Of a stretch of DNA of 64,000 nt, positions 1-9,084 are shown piece by piece. How positions within the stretch are numbered: position 1 is the first letter of the stretch; each line of letters opens with the position of its first letter. The notes beneath the pieces are model-generated. The model was given only the letters and a program-made list of their open reading frames with translations, did no database searches and was not told the origin of the DNA. The stretch is from a virus. Location: positions 1 to 64,000 of IMG/VR virus record IMGVR_UViG_3300024261_000007, one strand, 5' to 3'. The position numbers were made by a program, and so were the translations under genes.

Positions 1-2
1 CA

Positions 3-2672
3 AATAATCAATCTTACGGACAGATTCAGGTCCTTGCAGCTGACGTTACATCTGGTAGCGAATCAGGCAAGATGACTCTTGGTGTTGCAACAACTGGTTC
101 AGGTGCTGTTGCTGACGTTTTAACAATCACAGGTGGCGCTACTGCAGCAGCAAGTACTGTTACCATTGCAGGTAATCTTCAAGTTGATGGTACAACAACT
201 ACAATTAATTCAACTACACTTCAGGTTGATGACAAGATGATCGAGCTAGCTCATTCTCCAAATAACGCTGAAGGTGATGACACAGCTGTTGACGGTGGTG
301 GTATTATGCTTAAATCGTCAGAGGGTGACAAAGAAATTAAATACGTGGACGGGGACACAGCTTGGCAGTTTAGCGAGAATCTCACTCTGGCTAATGCTAA
401 AGCATTTAACATCATAAATGACGCCGCCTCCGCGACTTCAGTCCTCAACTTAACAACATTAGGCGCTACTGTTACAGGTTCTAGTTTAACATCAGTTGGA
501 ATAATTAGTACAGGTGTATGGAATGGTACCTCAATAGCTTCACAATATCTAGATGCTGATACTGCACATTTATCTGGCGTTCAAGTGTTTACTGGCGCAA
601 AGACGTTTAGTGCTGTAGCTGCCTTTACAAACACTGTTACAGTCGGTGCAAACGCGAATGGTCATGATGTTAAGTTCTTTGGCGACGCTGCAGGTGCTTA
701 TCTGGAATGGGATGCTGACACTAACAAGCTCGAGATAAGAGGAGCAACTGCTGCTGGTCCAGGACACTTATTGATCTCTACAGGTGAAACATCTGTTGCT
801 GTGGCAAGTAACGATGTATTAGGAAAAATTGATTTTTCTGCTCCTCTTGAAAGTTCTGGTACAGACGCTATACTTGTAGGCGCATCTATTTCTGCTGTAG
901 CTGGTGCAGACTTTGCTGCTACTGTAAATGATACAGACCTTGTATTCTCAGTTGGTAAATCAGAAGCAGCAGCTGAAAAGATGAGACTTAACTCTGACGG
1001 TAATCTAAATGTTGATGGTACACTTACTTGTGATACATCACTAACAATAGACACTACAACAATATCTACTGCAGAAATTGGAGTTCTTGATGGCGTTACT
1101 GCTGGTGCAGTGACTATTAATAAGGCTCTTGTTGCTGATGGTAGTGGTAATATAGGAACAGGCGCAGCGAGACTTGGAACTATTACAAGTTCAGGAAAAT
1201 TTGTTACTAACGACGTCACTAATGCATCAACAACAGTTGATGGCTCTATCGCAACAGCTGGTGGTCTAAGTGTTGCGAAAGACGTAGTAATTGGTCAAGG
1301 TCTAAAACTTTTGTCAGATGTCAATTCAGTAATGAGCTTTGGCGCTGACTCAGAGATTACTTTGTCATGTGTTACAGACACCGGCCTTAATCTAAAGAAT
1401 ACTAACACTAGTGACGCCGGCGGCGTTGTTCTTACGCTTCAAACAGGTGATACAGATATTGCTGCATCTCATGTTTTAGGTTCAATCGAATTCCAAGCGC
1501 CTGATGAAGGTACTGGTACCGATTCTATAGAAATAGCAGCTGCAATTTCAGCTGTGGCTGAAGTTGACTTTGCTGCAGACAAAAATAACACAAAACTTTC
1601 ATTTAAGACAGGTGCATCTGAAGCTGCTACTGAAAAAATGGCACTTTCTTCAGCTGGTGTTTTAACTTTATCTTCTGGCGGTATTGTTATTCCAGACGAT
1701 GGAAACATTGGATCTGTTACTGATAAGGATGCTATAGCTATTTCTTCAGCAGGTGTAGTAACATTATCCTGTGCAACAGACGCCTCAGATAAAGATACTG
1801 CTGCGCTGGTTGTAGGCGGTGGTGTTGGTATTGAGAAAAGTATAATTGCTGAAGGTCTGAGCAGTAGAATAGGTACTTCGTTAAAGCATCTTAGATTTGA
1901 CTTAGCCGGCGACGAAACATTTTTCAGAGGAACTGATATTATTCTTCAAAACTCTGCAGGTACATCAAAGATAACTTTAGATACATCAGGTGATGTTGAA
2001 TGTAGAAATATAGAGACATCAGGTGACTTAACTGTTAATGGTAGTGACATTAACTTTGGTAATGGTGCAAATGCTACATTAAAAATTGTTGCAACTGCTG
2101 TAAATGCAGCAGGTAGAGCTCTTACTATTTCATCTGGAGATACTACTGCGGGTGATACAGACAATATCGCAGGTGGCGCCCTTACAATAAAGGCAGGTGC
2201 AGGTAAAGGTACAGGTGCAGGTGGTGATATTGTATTCCAAACAGCTAATGCTGGTTCATCTGGTAGCTCTATTAATAGTCATGCAACAGCACTTACAATA
2301 TCAGACGACCTCTCAGCTACTTTTGCAGGAGACATTCAAACTGGTGGCAAAGTTACATTTAATGGATTTAGAGCAGTAACTGCTGACTATACGATTGATG
2401 CATCAGGTAATGATCACATTGTATCTGTTTCTGGCGGCACTCATGATATTACATTAGTCAATGCTACAAATGGTAGAGAGCTTATTATTATTAATGATTC
2501 AGATGTAGATATTGAAGTTTTAACAAATGCAACTTCTAAGATATATACATCAGGTGGTGTTACAATAAACAATACAAATGCAGGAGGCACTGTAAAGACA
2601 ACACTTGAAGATCGTAGAACAATGAGATTAATAGGTTCAGGAATTCACTGGTATATGGTTGCAGGAAGTTAA
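3..2672 (+). CDS. Tail fibre / virion adhesin-like protein, 5'-truncated by the window edge
   Basis: The frame is open from nt 3 (NNQSYGQIQVLAAD... runs into the Met at 72). The protein is Gly/Ala/Thr/Ser-rich with beta-strand-like segments, has ~78-aa internal repeats, and ends in a TADYT..D..VSV..DITL..A..G..LIIIN segment of the kind seen at phage fibre ends. Confidence 0.7.
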   Translation, partial: NNQSYGQIQVLAADVTSGSESGKMTLGVATTGSGAVADVLTITGGATAAASTVTIAGNLQVDGTTTTINSTTLQVDDKMIELAHSPNNAEGDDTAVDGGGIMLKSSEGDKEIKYVDGDTAWQFSENLTLANAKAFNIINDAASATSVLNLTTLGATVTGSSLTSVGIISTGVWNGTSIASQYLDADTAHLSGVQVFTGAKTFSAVAAFTNTVTVGANANGHDVKFFGDAAGAYLEWDADTNKLEIRGATAAGPGHLLISTGETSVAVASNDVLGKIDFSAPLESSGTDAILVGASISAVAGADFAATVNDTDLVFSVGKSEAAAEKMRLNSDGNLNVDGTLTCDTSLTIDTTTISTAEIGVLDGVTAGAVTINKALVADGSGNIGTGAARLGTITSSGKFVTNDVTNASTTVDGSIATAGGLSVAKDVVIGQGLKLLSDVNSVMSFGADSEITLSCVTDTGLNLKNTNTSDAGGVVLTLQTGDTDIAASHVLGSIEFQAPDEGTGTDSIEIAAAISAVAEVDFAADKNNTKLSFKTGASEAATEKMALSSAGVLTLSSGGIVIPDDGNIGSVTDKDAIAISSAGVVTLSCATDASDKDTAALVVGGGVGIEKSIIAEGLSSRIGTSLKHLRFDLAGDETFFRGTDIILQNSAGTSKITLDTSGDVECRNIETSGDLTVNGSDINFGNGANATLKIVATAVNAAGRALTISSGDTTAGDTDNIAGGALTIKAGAGKGTGAGGDIVFQTANAGSSGSSINSHATALTISDDLSATFAGDIQTGGKVTFNGFRAVTADYTIDASGNDHIVSVSGGTHDITLVNATNGRELIIINDSDVDIEVLTNATSKIYTSGGVTINNTNAGGTVKTTLEDRRTMRLIGSGIHWYMVAGS
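768..1658 (+). repeat. Two diverged ~78-aa repeats in the fibre gene (768-1001 and 1431-1658)
   Basis: VLGKIDFSAPLESSGTDAILVGASISAVAGADFAA...SEAAAEKMRLNSDG aligns with VLGSIEFQAPDEGTGTDSIEIAAAISAVAEVDFAA...SEAATEKMALSSAG. Confidence 0.9.
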
Positions 2673-2686
2673 TAAATAGTTTTATA

Positions 2687-2732
2687 AATTGACCTCACTT
2701 TTATTATACTATTATTGAAAGTGAGGTCAGTT
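2687..2732 (+). promoter_or_regulatory. Inverted repeat / RNA hairpin covering the SD of the nuclease gene
   Basis: TGACCTCACTTT (2690-2701) is the exact reverse complement of AAAGTGAGGTCA (2718-2729). The stem extends with two G-U pairs to 2687-2703/2716-2732. GAGG (2723-2726) lies in the 3' arm and the ATG is at 2733. Confidence 0.75.
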
Positions 2733-3566
2733 ATGACTATTTTAAAGGAGCATGTCTCCTATTCTGAGGTTCGTCAATGGAAAGAGTGTTCTTGGCGACA
2801 CAAGTTATTATACATAGATAAGTTGAGGACTTTTGAAGAAAGCCCACACTTGCACTACGGAACAATAATTCATGATGCATGTGAGCATTTTCTCAAGACA
2901 AGAGAACTTAAAATCGAAGAAGCTCAGAACAAGATCAAGGAAACTTGGGACAAACACGGATTTGATTCAGAAGACTTTGCTCAATTACAAACACAACGTG
3001 CAGAATTGCAAGGTTGGAAGTATAAACACAACAATTTGAAAGACTGGCTTCAATGGGCAGAAGCATCAATAAAATCAGTACCGGACTTTTTGGACCAGAC
3101 GTTCCCTAATTGGCAAATAGTTTCCGCTGAAGAGCCGTTATACGAATCAATGGATTTAATCGATACTAAGTTTAAAGGTTATATCGATTGTATTATTAAA
3201 ATACCTTATAAAGATGACTATAAGTACTGGGTCTTAGACTGGAAAACTTCAAACGGTCGAGGATGGTCATCAGATAAGCAAAGAGACTTTACGACCCAAG
3301 CTCAAGTTATTTTATACAAGTATTTTTGGGGAACAAAAAACAATATACCTTTAAAGAACATTCAATGTGGTTTTATACTTCTTAAAAAGTTAAAGACTGT
3401 TGGAAAGCCATGCCAATTAGTCAAAGTTTCAAGTGGACCAAAAAATTTAGAAAAGTCCAGAAAAATGGTTAGTAGCATGATTAAAACTGTAGAAAAGCAA
3501 TTTTTCTTAAAAAACAGAGGATCATGTATGTTTTGTGAGTTTAAAGGAACAGAGTTTTGTAGGTAA
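2733..3566 (+). CDS. PD-(D/E)XK exonuclease, Cas4/RecB/AddB-like, with probable Fe-S cluster
   Basis: Motifs HVSYSE..W.EC, GTIIHDACE, KGYIDCII and VLDWKT, plus C-terminal CMFCEFKGTEFC (1+3 Cys arrangement). ATG 2733 with a GAGG SD is preferred over TTG 2715. Confidence 0.85.
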   Translation: MTILKEHVSYSEVRQWKECSWRHKLLYIDKLRTFEESPHLHYGTIIHDACEHFLKTRELKIEEAQNKIKETWDKHGFDSEDFAQLQTQRAELQGWKYKHNNLKDWLQWAEASIKSVPDFLDQTFPNWQIVSAEEPLYESMDLIDTKFKGYIDCIIKIPYKDDYKYWVLDWKTSNGRGWSSDKQRDFTTQAQVILYKYFWGTKNNIPLKNIQCGFILLKKLKTVGKPCQLVKVSSGPKNLEKSRKMVSSMIKTVEKQFFLKNRGSCMFCEFKGTEFCR

Positions 3567-3572
3567 TTTATC

Positions 3573-4805
3573 ATGGAAGTAAAAAAAATGAAAACAGATA
3601 CAAGTAAGGAAACGATTTTATTAATTTCTGATCACGCTCTTTCTCATACTGGTGTTGGTACGCAATCATATCACTTATGTAAAGGTTTAACAGAAATAGG
3701 GGACTATAAAGTTATACAGCTCGGAGTAGCAATGCATCACGAGAGCATGGAAGTTGAAAAAGTTAATGAAAACTTTGAAATACATCCTGTCATAGGATTT
3801 GGTCCCATACCAATGATCAGACAGTATATAAAAAAGTACAACCTTAAAAGTTTAATAATATTTTCAGATTCAAGGTTTTTTAAACATATCTTTGAAATGT
3901 CAGAAGAAATTAGAAAGTCTTGCCCTATTGTTTGGTGGCACGTTTGGGATAATAGACCATGCCCAGACTTCAATCATGAACTTTATAGCAGAGTTGATGT
4001 AGTAAATTGTATATCAGAGCTCACATATAACGTGTGTAAAGAAGTCTGTGATAAATTTAAATTGAAGACAAAGATAAACTATATACCACACACTGTGCCA
4101 AAAAGCATGTTTTTTCAGTTAAATGAAGCAGATATAAAGTATCATAGAAACATGATTTTCGGAAAAGAATCTGATTATTTTATATGTGGGTGGATTAATA
4201 AGAACACAAGAAGAAAAAGACCTGCAGACGTTTTACAGTCTTGGAAAATATTTTTAGACGAGTTACAAGAAAAACGTGGTCATAAAAAAGCTCTTCTTTT
4301 AATGCACACAGACCCAGACGATAGATTCGGTCAGAATCTTATTGAAATATCAAACAAGCTTGATATCCTTAAAAACGTTAGATTTTCTGATCAAGTTGTT
4401 AATTATGAAAAGATGAATATATTACACAACGTGATCGATTTAAATATAAACATTGCTTCTTTAGAAGGCTTTGGATTGTCTACTTTAGAGTCAATGTGTG
4501 TAGGTAAGCCAATACTTGTAACAAAAACTGGAGGTTTAACAAGACAAGTTATCGATCCAGATACTCTGGAAATACATGGCATTGCACTAAATCCTGATCT
4601 TACAACTACAGTTGGAACGCAAGACGTGCCTTATTTAAACGAAGACTATACGAGCAACACTAAAGTTGCTAAAAGCCTATATAATTTTTATTCTTTGCCA
4701 ATTGAAGAAAAAACAAGCTTAGGTAAAAAGGCAAAGATCTATGCTGAAAACAACTTCAACTATCAAGAAATGATATCTAAGTGGGTAAGTTCTTTAGAGT
4801 TATAA
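3573..4805 (+). CDS. Glycosyltransferase, GT-B fold (GT4-like)
   Basis: N-terminal LLISDH...TGVG and the GT4 signature EGFGLSTLESMCVGKPILVTKTGGL. Confidence 0.9.
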   Translation: MEVKKMKTDTSKETILLISDHALSHTGVGTQSYHLCKGLTEIGDYKVIQLGVAMHHESMEVEKVNENFEIHPVIGFGPIPMIRQYIKKYNLKSLIIFSDSRFFKHIFEMSEEIRKSCPIVWWHVWDNRPCPDFNHELYSRVDVVNCISELTYNVCKEVCDKFKLKTKINYIPHTVPKSMFFQLNEADIKYHRNMIFGKESDYFICGWINKNTRRKRPADVLQSWKIFLDELQEKRGHKKALLLMHTDPDDRFGQNLIEISNKLDILKNVRFSDQVVNYEKMNILHNVIDLNINIASLEGFGLSTLESMCVGKPILVTKTGGLTRQVIDPDTLEIHGIALNPDLTTTVGTQDVPYLNEDYTSNTKVAKSLYNFYSLPIEEKTSLGKKAKIYAENNFNYQEMISKWVSSLEL

Positions 4806-4881
4806 TAAGTTATTTTTAACAAATCTAATAAATATTCAATAATCTATAAAAATACTCGACTTAAGTTGAAAGGTAATATTA

Positions 4882-5178
4882 ATGTTTTACAGTATCATTG
4901 CATTTTTATCATTATTGATAATAACTCTTATTTATTATTGCATTAAGTTTGCAATGATTATTATAAATATGCAAAACGTTATTGAAGAATCTTTAGATAT
5001 CATTGATCAAAAGTATTTTAACTTAAATAAAATACTTGAAACTCCCTTGTTTTATAATAACAATGAAATAAAAAGCGTCATAGAAGAAATAAAAGAAACA
5101 AGAGATATTCTGTTATATATTGCCAATCAGCTAGTCAACAACGAAGAAGATATTGATGATGAACCTGAGGACGATTAA
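4882..5178 (+). CDS. Small membrane-anchored protein
   Basis: Hydrophobic N-terminal ~25 aa, then a helical region and an acidic tail. AAGG lies upstream. Confidence 0.6.
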   Translation: MFYSIIAFLSLLIITLIYYCIKFAMIIINMQNVIEESLDIIDQKYFNLNKILETPLFYNNNEIKSVIEEIKETRDILLYIANQLVNNEEDIDDEPEDD

Positions 5179-5973
5179 GTGAGAGAACGTAAAAGAGTAA
5201 TTGACCGTAAAAAAAAAGAGAGAAAGCCCGTTGAGGAAACTACCACTAAAAAAAGAAAAGGTAGAAAGAAAAAAAAGAAAAACTATTATTTTGACATAAA
5301 CGTTCAGCATAGAATTGTTGAATATCAAAAAATGGAAAATCTTACAGAAAGAAACGAGATGTATGAAAGATATATATATCCTGCTTTTCATGATCTGGTT
5401 CAAAGTTTAGTCTCTGTTTACGGTTTTAAGTCTTATACTGAAGACATTGGACACCTCAAAACCGATTGTGTGTCTTTTTTGTTTGAAACACTAAAAAAAT
5501 GGAATCCAGATAAAGGAACCAAAGCATTTTCTTATTTCAATGTCGTTGCAAAAAACTGGTTAACAATACAAAGCAGAAGGCTATTAAAAAACCAAAATAG
5601 ATGTGCATTTATAGATGACCCAGAAGGTATGTCACATAATGAAAAATCAGAGCTGTATGGTAAAGAATACGTAGACTCTGAAATTTACATGGCAGAAAGA
5701 TTAACACAATATAACGAAATTCTCAAGCTAATTGACTATTTATCAGACAACGTAAAAGATGAAAATGACAAAAAATGCTGTTATGCTATTAAAAAGCTTT
5801 TTGTTAGCATTGATGAAATAGAGTTTTTTAATAAAAGAGCTATATTTGTTTACTTAAGAGAAATTTCAGGTCTAAGCAGCACAGAATTAAGTTCTTCGTT
5901 GTCAAGAATTAGAAAGATATATAGAAAAGTATCAGGTGCAGAAAAAATGTTTGATATATTTGGAGACTATTAA
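5179..5973 (+). CDS. Phage sigma factor, T4 gp55-like (late transcription)
   Basis: Sigma region-2-like segment DCVSFLFETLKKWNPDKGTKAFSYFNVVAKNWL, a C-terminal HTH-like IFVYLREISGLSSTELSSSLSRIRK, and a very basic N-terminus. GTG start. Confidence 0.7.
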   Translation: MRERKRVIDRKKKERKPVEETTTKKRKGRKKKKKNYYFDINVQHRIVEYQKMENLTERNEMYERYIYPAFHDLVQSLVSVYGFKSYTEDIGHLKTDCVSFLFETLKKWNPDKGTKAFSYFNVVAKNWLTIQSRRLLKNQNRCAFIDDPEGMSHNEKSELYGKEYVDSEIYMAERLTQYNEILKLIDYLSDNVKDENDKKCCYAIKKLFVSIDEIEFFNKRAIFVYLREISGLSSTELSSSLSRIRKIYRKVSGAEKMFDIFGDY

Positions 5974-5976
5974 AAT

Positions 5977-6351
5977 ATGAAAAACGATATTGAAAAAGTT
6001 TTGGATAAAGTAGAAAAAAACGAAGTCAAAGAAGATAAAATTAAAAATTTTGCTGATATTCTTAATAATATTGCATCTATTGAAGACAAAAAAAAGATGT
6101 TGTGGAAAGAAATATACGAAAATGCCTTAGAAGATAGAGAAAAAGCAAAAATTCTTTTTAACGATGCTTATATTTCAATGGCAGGCGGAACAAATGAGCA
6201 CATGAATATAGGCGCTATTATGTCAAAATATATTGAAAGAATGAGCAAGTCAAACGATCAAATACTTAAACTAGCTGAATTGATTGCAAAAGAAGAAGAA
6301 AAGTCAGAAACAATTAGTGATGACGATATCTTTGGAAAGATTAATGGTTAA
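5977..6351 (+). CDS. Hypothetical helical phage protein
   Basis: 124-aa ORF packed tightly between its neighbours; no catalytic motif recognised. Confidence 0.65.
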   Translation: MKNDIEKVLDKVEKNEVKEDKIKNFADILNNIASIEDKKKMLWKEIYENALEDREKAKILFNDAYISMAGGTNEHMNIGAIMSKYIERMSKSNDQILKLAELIAKEEEKSETISDDDIFGKING

Positions 6352-6353
6352 CA

Positions 6354-8441
6354 ATGTTTAAAATTGGAAAGGTTCTATACTATAAAAACGATAACAGCAC
6401 CAATACAAACCAAGATTTACAAAAGCTAATACAAACCTATAAATTAGAAAATAATAAATTTAAATTTTTTCCGGAAAGTTTAAACAAAAACGATGAAGAA
6501 GAAAAAATCTATAGATTTATTTTAAATATGCCTATAGGGACTATCATATCAAGAATATTAAATAAAAATTCAGAAAATTTAATAGTTGTTTGTTATCCTA
6601 TGTTTTCTTTACATGTATCTTTACCTGTCAAACCAGGCGAAGTTATCTGGTTGTATGAAGATAGTAATGAAAATATGCTTGAAAAAGACATAGCTGATAA
6701 AATACACAGTTTAAACATAAAGCATTATTGGTTATCAAGAAAAATAGGCTCAATGTTTTCTGAAGATTTAAATTTTACCAATATACAAGCAGATTCATTA
6801 CTTGATGATGAAGTTTTTAGTGATGAAGTTTTTAGTGATGAAGATTTAAGATATCCTGACTTAGATGACAAAAAACATTTTGATTATTCATTTATGGAAA
6901 ATTTTAGACAGCCCTCAGTAAAGTCTCTATATAGTGAAGGAATAATATCAGAAAGCATTGTACCAAAAATTGCTCCAAGATGGCATTCAAAAGCGCATGA
7001 GCTTTCTCTACAGGGCTCTAACAATACATTAATTAATTTAACAACACCTGCAAGCTCTTCAGACTATAATAGTTTTTTCAAAAAAAACTCAGGAGCTATT
7101 GATTTAGTTGCAGGCAGACATAGCTTATATTTTTTTGACGATCAAGAAGAAAGTAATTATCATAAATTAGATGAAGAAGTGTCTATTGAAGACTTTGTCG
7201 ACGAATTTAATAATTTTGACTTAGAAAGTTTTATTGATAATACAATAGATAAAAATTCTCCAATAACTTTAATAAAAAATTTAGATTATAGTGAATCTTA
7301 TCCTTACGAATTATTAAAAAGCAACAGCTTTTATTTAGAAAATTTTTCTAATATTATGGAAAATAGCGAAAGCGAGTCAACTTTAAATTTTGACAATGAC
7401 GCTTCTCGAATTTATATTTCTGAGTTTGAAAAAAATGTTGACGCAAGTGGTGATTTTTATAATAGCTATTATAAAGACAAGCAATTTATGATAAATCGAA
7501 CAAGTTCAAGCCCAGGCGAAGTAACGACAGAAAAAGATTTTAATTCTAAAGAAAAATTATTTTTTATGCAAGAAAGAAAGTTAGTAATAAAAAATCAATC
7601 TTCTTTTTCGTTAGATTCTTTTGAAAGACTTTCAGAACGTGAGTTTGATACAACATTTGATCCAAAAAAAATAGACAATGACTTCATTTCACCTTTTATT
7701 CTTATAAAGTCTAATGATATTAGAATTGTTAGCAGAAAAGAAAGAAGTAACAAAGTAACAAAGTCAAAAATTAGTGAAGGTAGCATTTCATTAATTAAAG
7801 AATCTAACAACTTTAATGACTATTCTTGTCTTTCCTTAGAAAAAGACGGTAATATTTCTTTAGATAGCAAAGAAATATATGTAGGTAATATAATAAAAGA
7901 GTATTTAAAACAAGGAATATTTAGCTTAGATAATCTTGAAAACGAGGATGATTTTGAAGATAAAATCAATGAAATAGTTAATAATTTAACTTACGACGAT
8001 GTTTCTTCTATGCACGGAAAAGGAACAGGTGTCTTGCTAGGATACGACCCAAAATTTTCAGAGTCTCTTGTGTTGGGTGATACATTAAAGTTATTTTTAA
8101 CAGAAATATTAAAAATCAACATTGAAGCTTTGACCTTCATATCTGAAGCTTTTTTGGAAATATATACAAACTTTGATAAAATAAACGCTGATCATACTGA
8201 GATTTCTAATTGGGCAAAATCACATACACATCTAAATACAATACCTATAACAGGACCACCCAACGCCCCTTCTGTAGTTGTTCCTGCAGTAACTACTAGC
8301 CCTTTAATAATAAAAGATAATCACAGTTTTAGTCAAACTAAACAATCATCAGAAATAAATGGTGGTGAAGAAGTAGATAGAATAAACAAACTAATCAGTA
8401 ATCTTGATTTAATTTTATCAAGGTTTTCAAAAACTTCATAA
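6354..8441 (+). CDS. Baseplate hub/central spike-like protein (gp5/gpV-like)
   Basis: N-terminal OB-fold-like LPVKPGEVIWL, short beta segments (ILIKSNDIRIVSR, LSLEKDGNISLDSKEIYVG), LVLGD, and a C-terminal HTH..P.TGPP spike-tip HxH motif. It lies directly before the gp25- and gp6-like genes. Confidence 0.55.
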   Translation: MFKIGKVLYYKNDNSTNTNQDLQKLIQTYKLENNKFKFFPESLNKNDEEEKIYRFILNMPIGTIISRILNKNSENLIVVCYPMFSLHVSLPVKPGEVIWLYEDSNENMLEKDIADKIHSLNIKHYWLSRKIGSMFSEDLNFTNIQADSLLDDEVFSDEVFSDEDLRYPDLDDKKHFDYSFMENFRQPSVKSLYSEGIISESIVPKIAPRWHSKAHELSLQGSNNTLINLTTPASSSDYNSFFKKNSGAIDLVAGRHSLYFFDDQEESNYHKLDEEVSIEDFVDEFNNFDLESFIDNTIDKNSPITLIKNLDYSESYPYELLKSNSFYLENFSNIMENSESESTLNFDNDASRIYISEFEKNVDASGDFYNSYYKDKQFMINRTSSSPGEVTTEKDFNSKEKLFFMQERKLVIKNQSSFSLDSFERLSEREFDTTFDPKKIDNDFISPFILIKSNDIRIVSRKERSNKVTKSKISEGSISLIKESNNFNDYSCLSLEKDGNISLDSKEIYVGNIIKEYLKQGIFSLDNLENEDDFEDKINEIVNNLTYDDVSSMHGKGTGVLLGYDPKFSESLVLGDTLKLFLTEILKINIEALTFISEAFLEIYTNFDKINADHTEISNWAKSHTHLNTIPITGPPNAPSVVVPAVTTSPLIIKDNHSFSQTKQSSEINGGEEVDRINKLISNLDLILSRFSKTS
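6806..6843 (+). repeat. 15-bp tandem repeat TGATGAAGTTTTTAG x2.5 (DEVFS)
   Basis: Read directly from the sequence; in frame. Confidence 0.9.
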
Positions 8442-8453
8442 TTATATTTTATA
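8438..8453 (+). promoter_or_regulatory. Candidate late promoter element ATAATTATATTTTATA
   Basis: Identical 16-mer at 46530-46545. It starts 37 nt before ATG 8475. Confidence 0.5.
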
Positions 8454-8474
8454 ATAGATATAAAAGAGCAACAA

Positions 8475-9068
8475 ATGTCTGAACTCGGTAATAATTTACA
8501 AAGAATTAAAAATCAAGAAAAATTTAAATCAATAAATGACGAAAAAAGAAACAATAAAGTATTAATTGGAATTAAAACACCTGTTAGAAAAAGTAACAAC
8601 CCAAATGAAACTTTATTTGAAATGCATACAGATATTTTTAATACGATTGAAGATAATTTAAAAAATTTAATAATGACTCAGAAAGGTGAGCGACTTGGTT
8701 TTCCGGACTTTGGAACTAATCTTTCACAAGTATACTCAGACAATACATTGTCAGATGATGAAAAAGTAGAATTAGCAACTCAACAAATTCTTAAAACTGT
8801 TTCAAAATACATGCCAAATATAACATTACAAAATTTTTATTCAGAAAAAGTTCCTAATGTTAACGAGAAAGAAAATATTTTAAATAAAAATGGTCTTGTT
8901 TTAGCAAATGAAACGCAAAATGTTAAAATTACATCTTTACCAGCAAAAGGTAGCAGTCATATAAATAAAAACAATTCAAACTTTCCTAGTAAATATCAAA
9001 TAATTATTGGGTATACTATTCTTAATAAAACAAAAAGTTTAACCCTTTTTGTTAATAGTGCAATCTAA
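8475..9068 (+). CDS. gp25: Baseplate wedge protein, gp25/GPW-like
   Basis: Signature IEDNLKNLIMTQKGERLGFPDFGTNL...KYMPNITL. Confidence 0.85.
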   Translation: MSELGNNLQRIKNQEKFKSINDEKRNNKVLIGIKTPVRKSNNPNETLFEMHTDIFNTIEDNLKNLIMTQKGERLGFPDFGTNLSQVYSDNTLSDDEKVELATQQILKTVSKYMPNITLQNFYSEKVPNVNEKENILNKNGLVLANETQNVKITSLPAKGSSHINKNNSNFPSKYQIIIGYTILNKTKSLTLFVNSAI

Positions 9069-9084
9069 AACATTGGAGTAAAAT

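Noticed and set aside
5977-6351. Terminase small subunit call for this ORF or for 46565..46936
   Set aside because: Size is compatible, but there is no motif I can tie to gp16, so both stay hypothetical.
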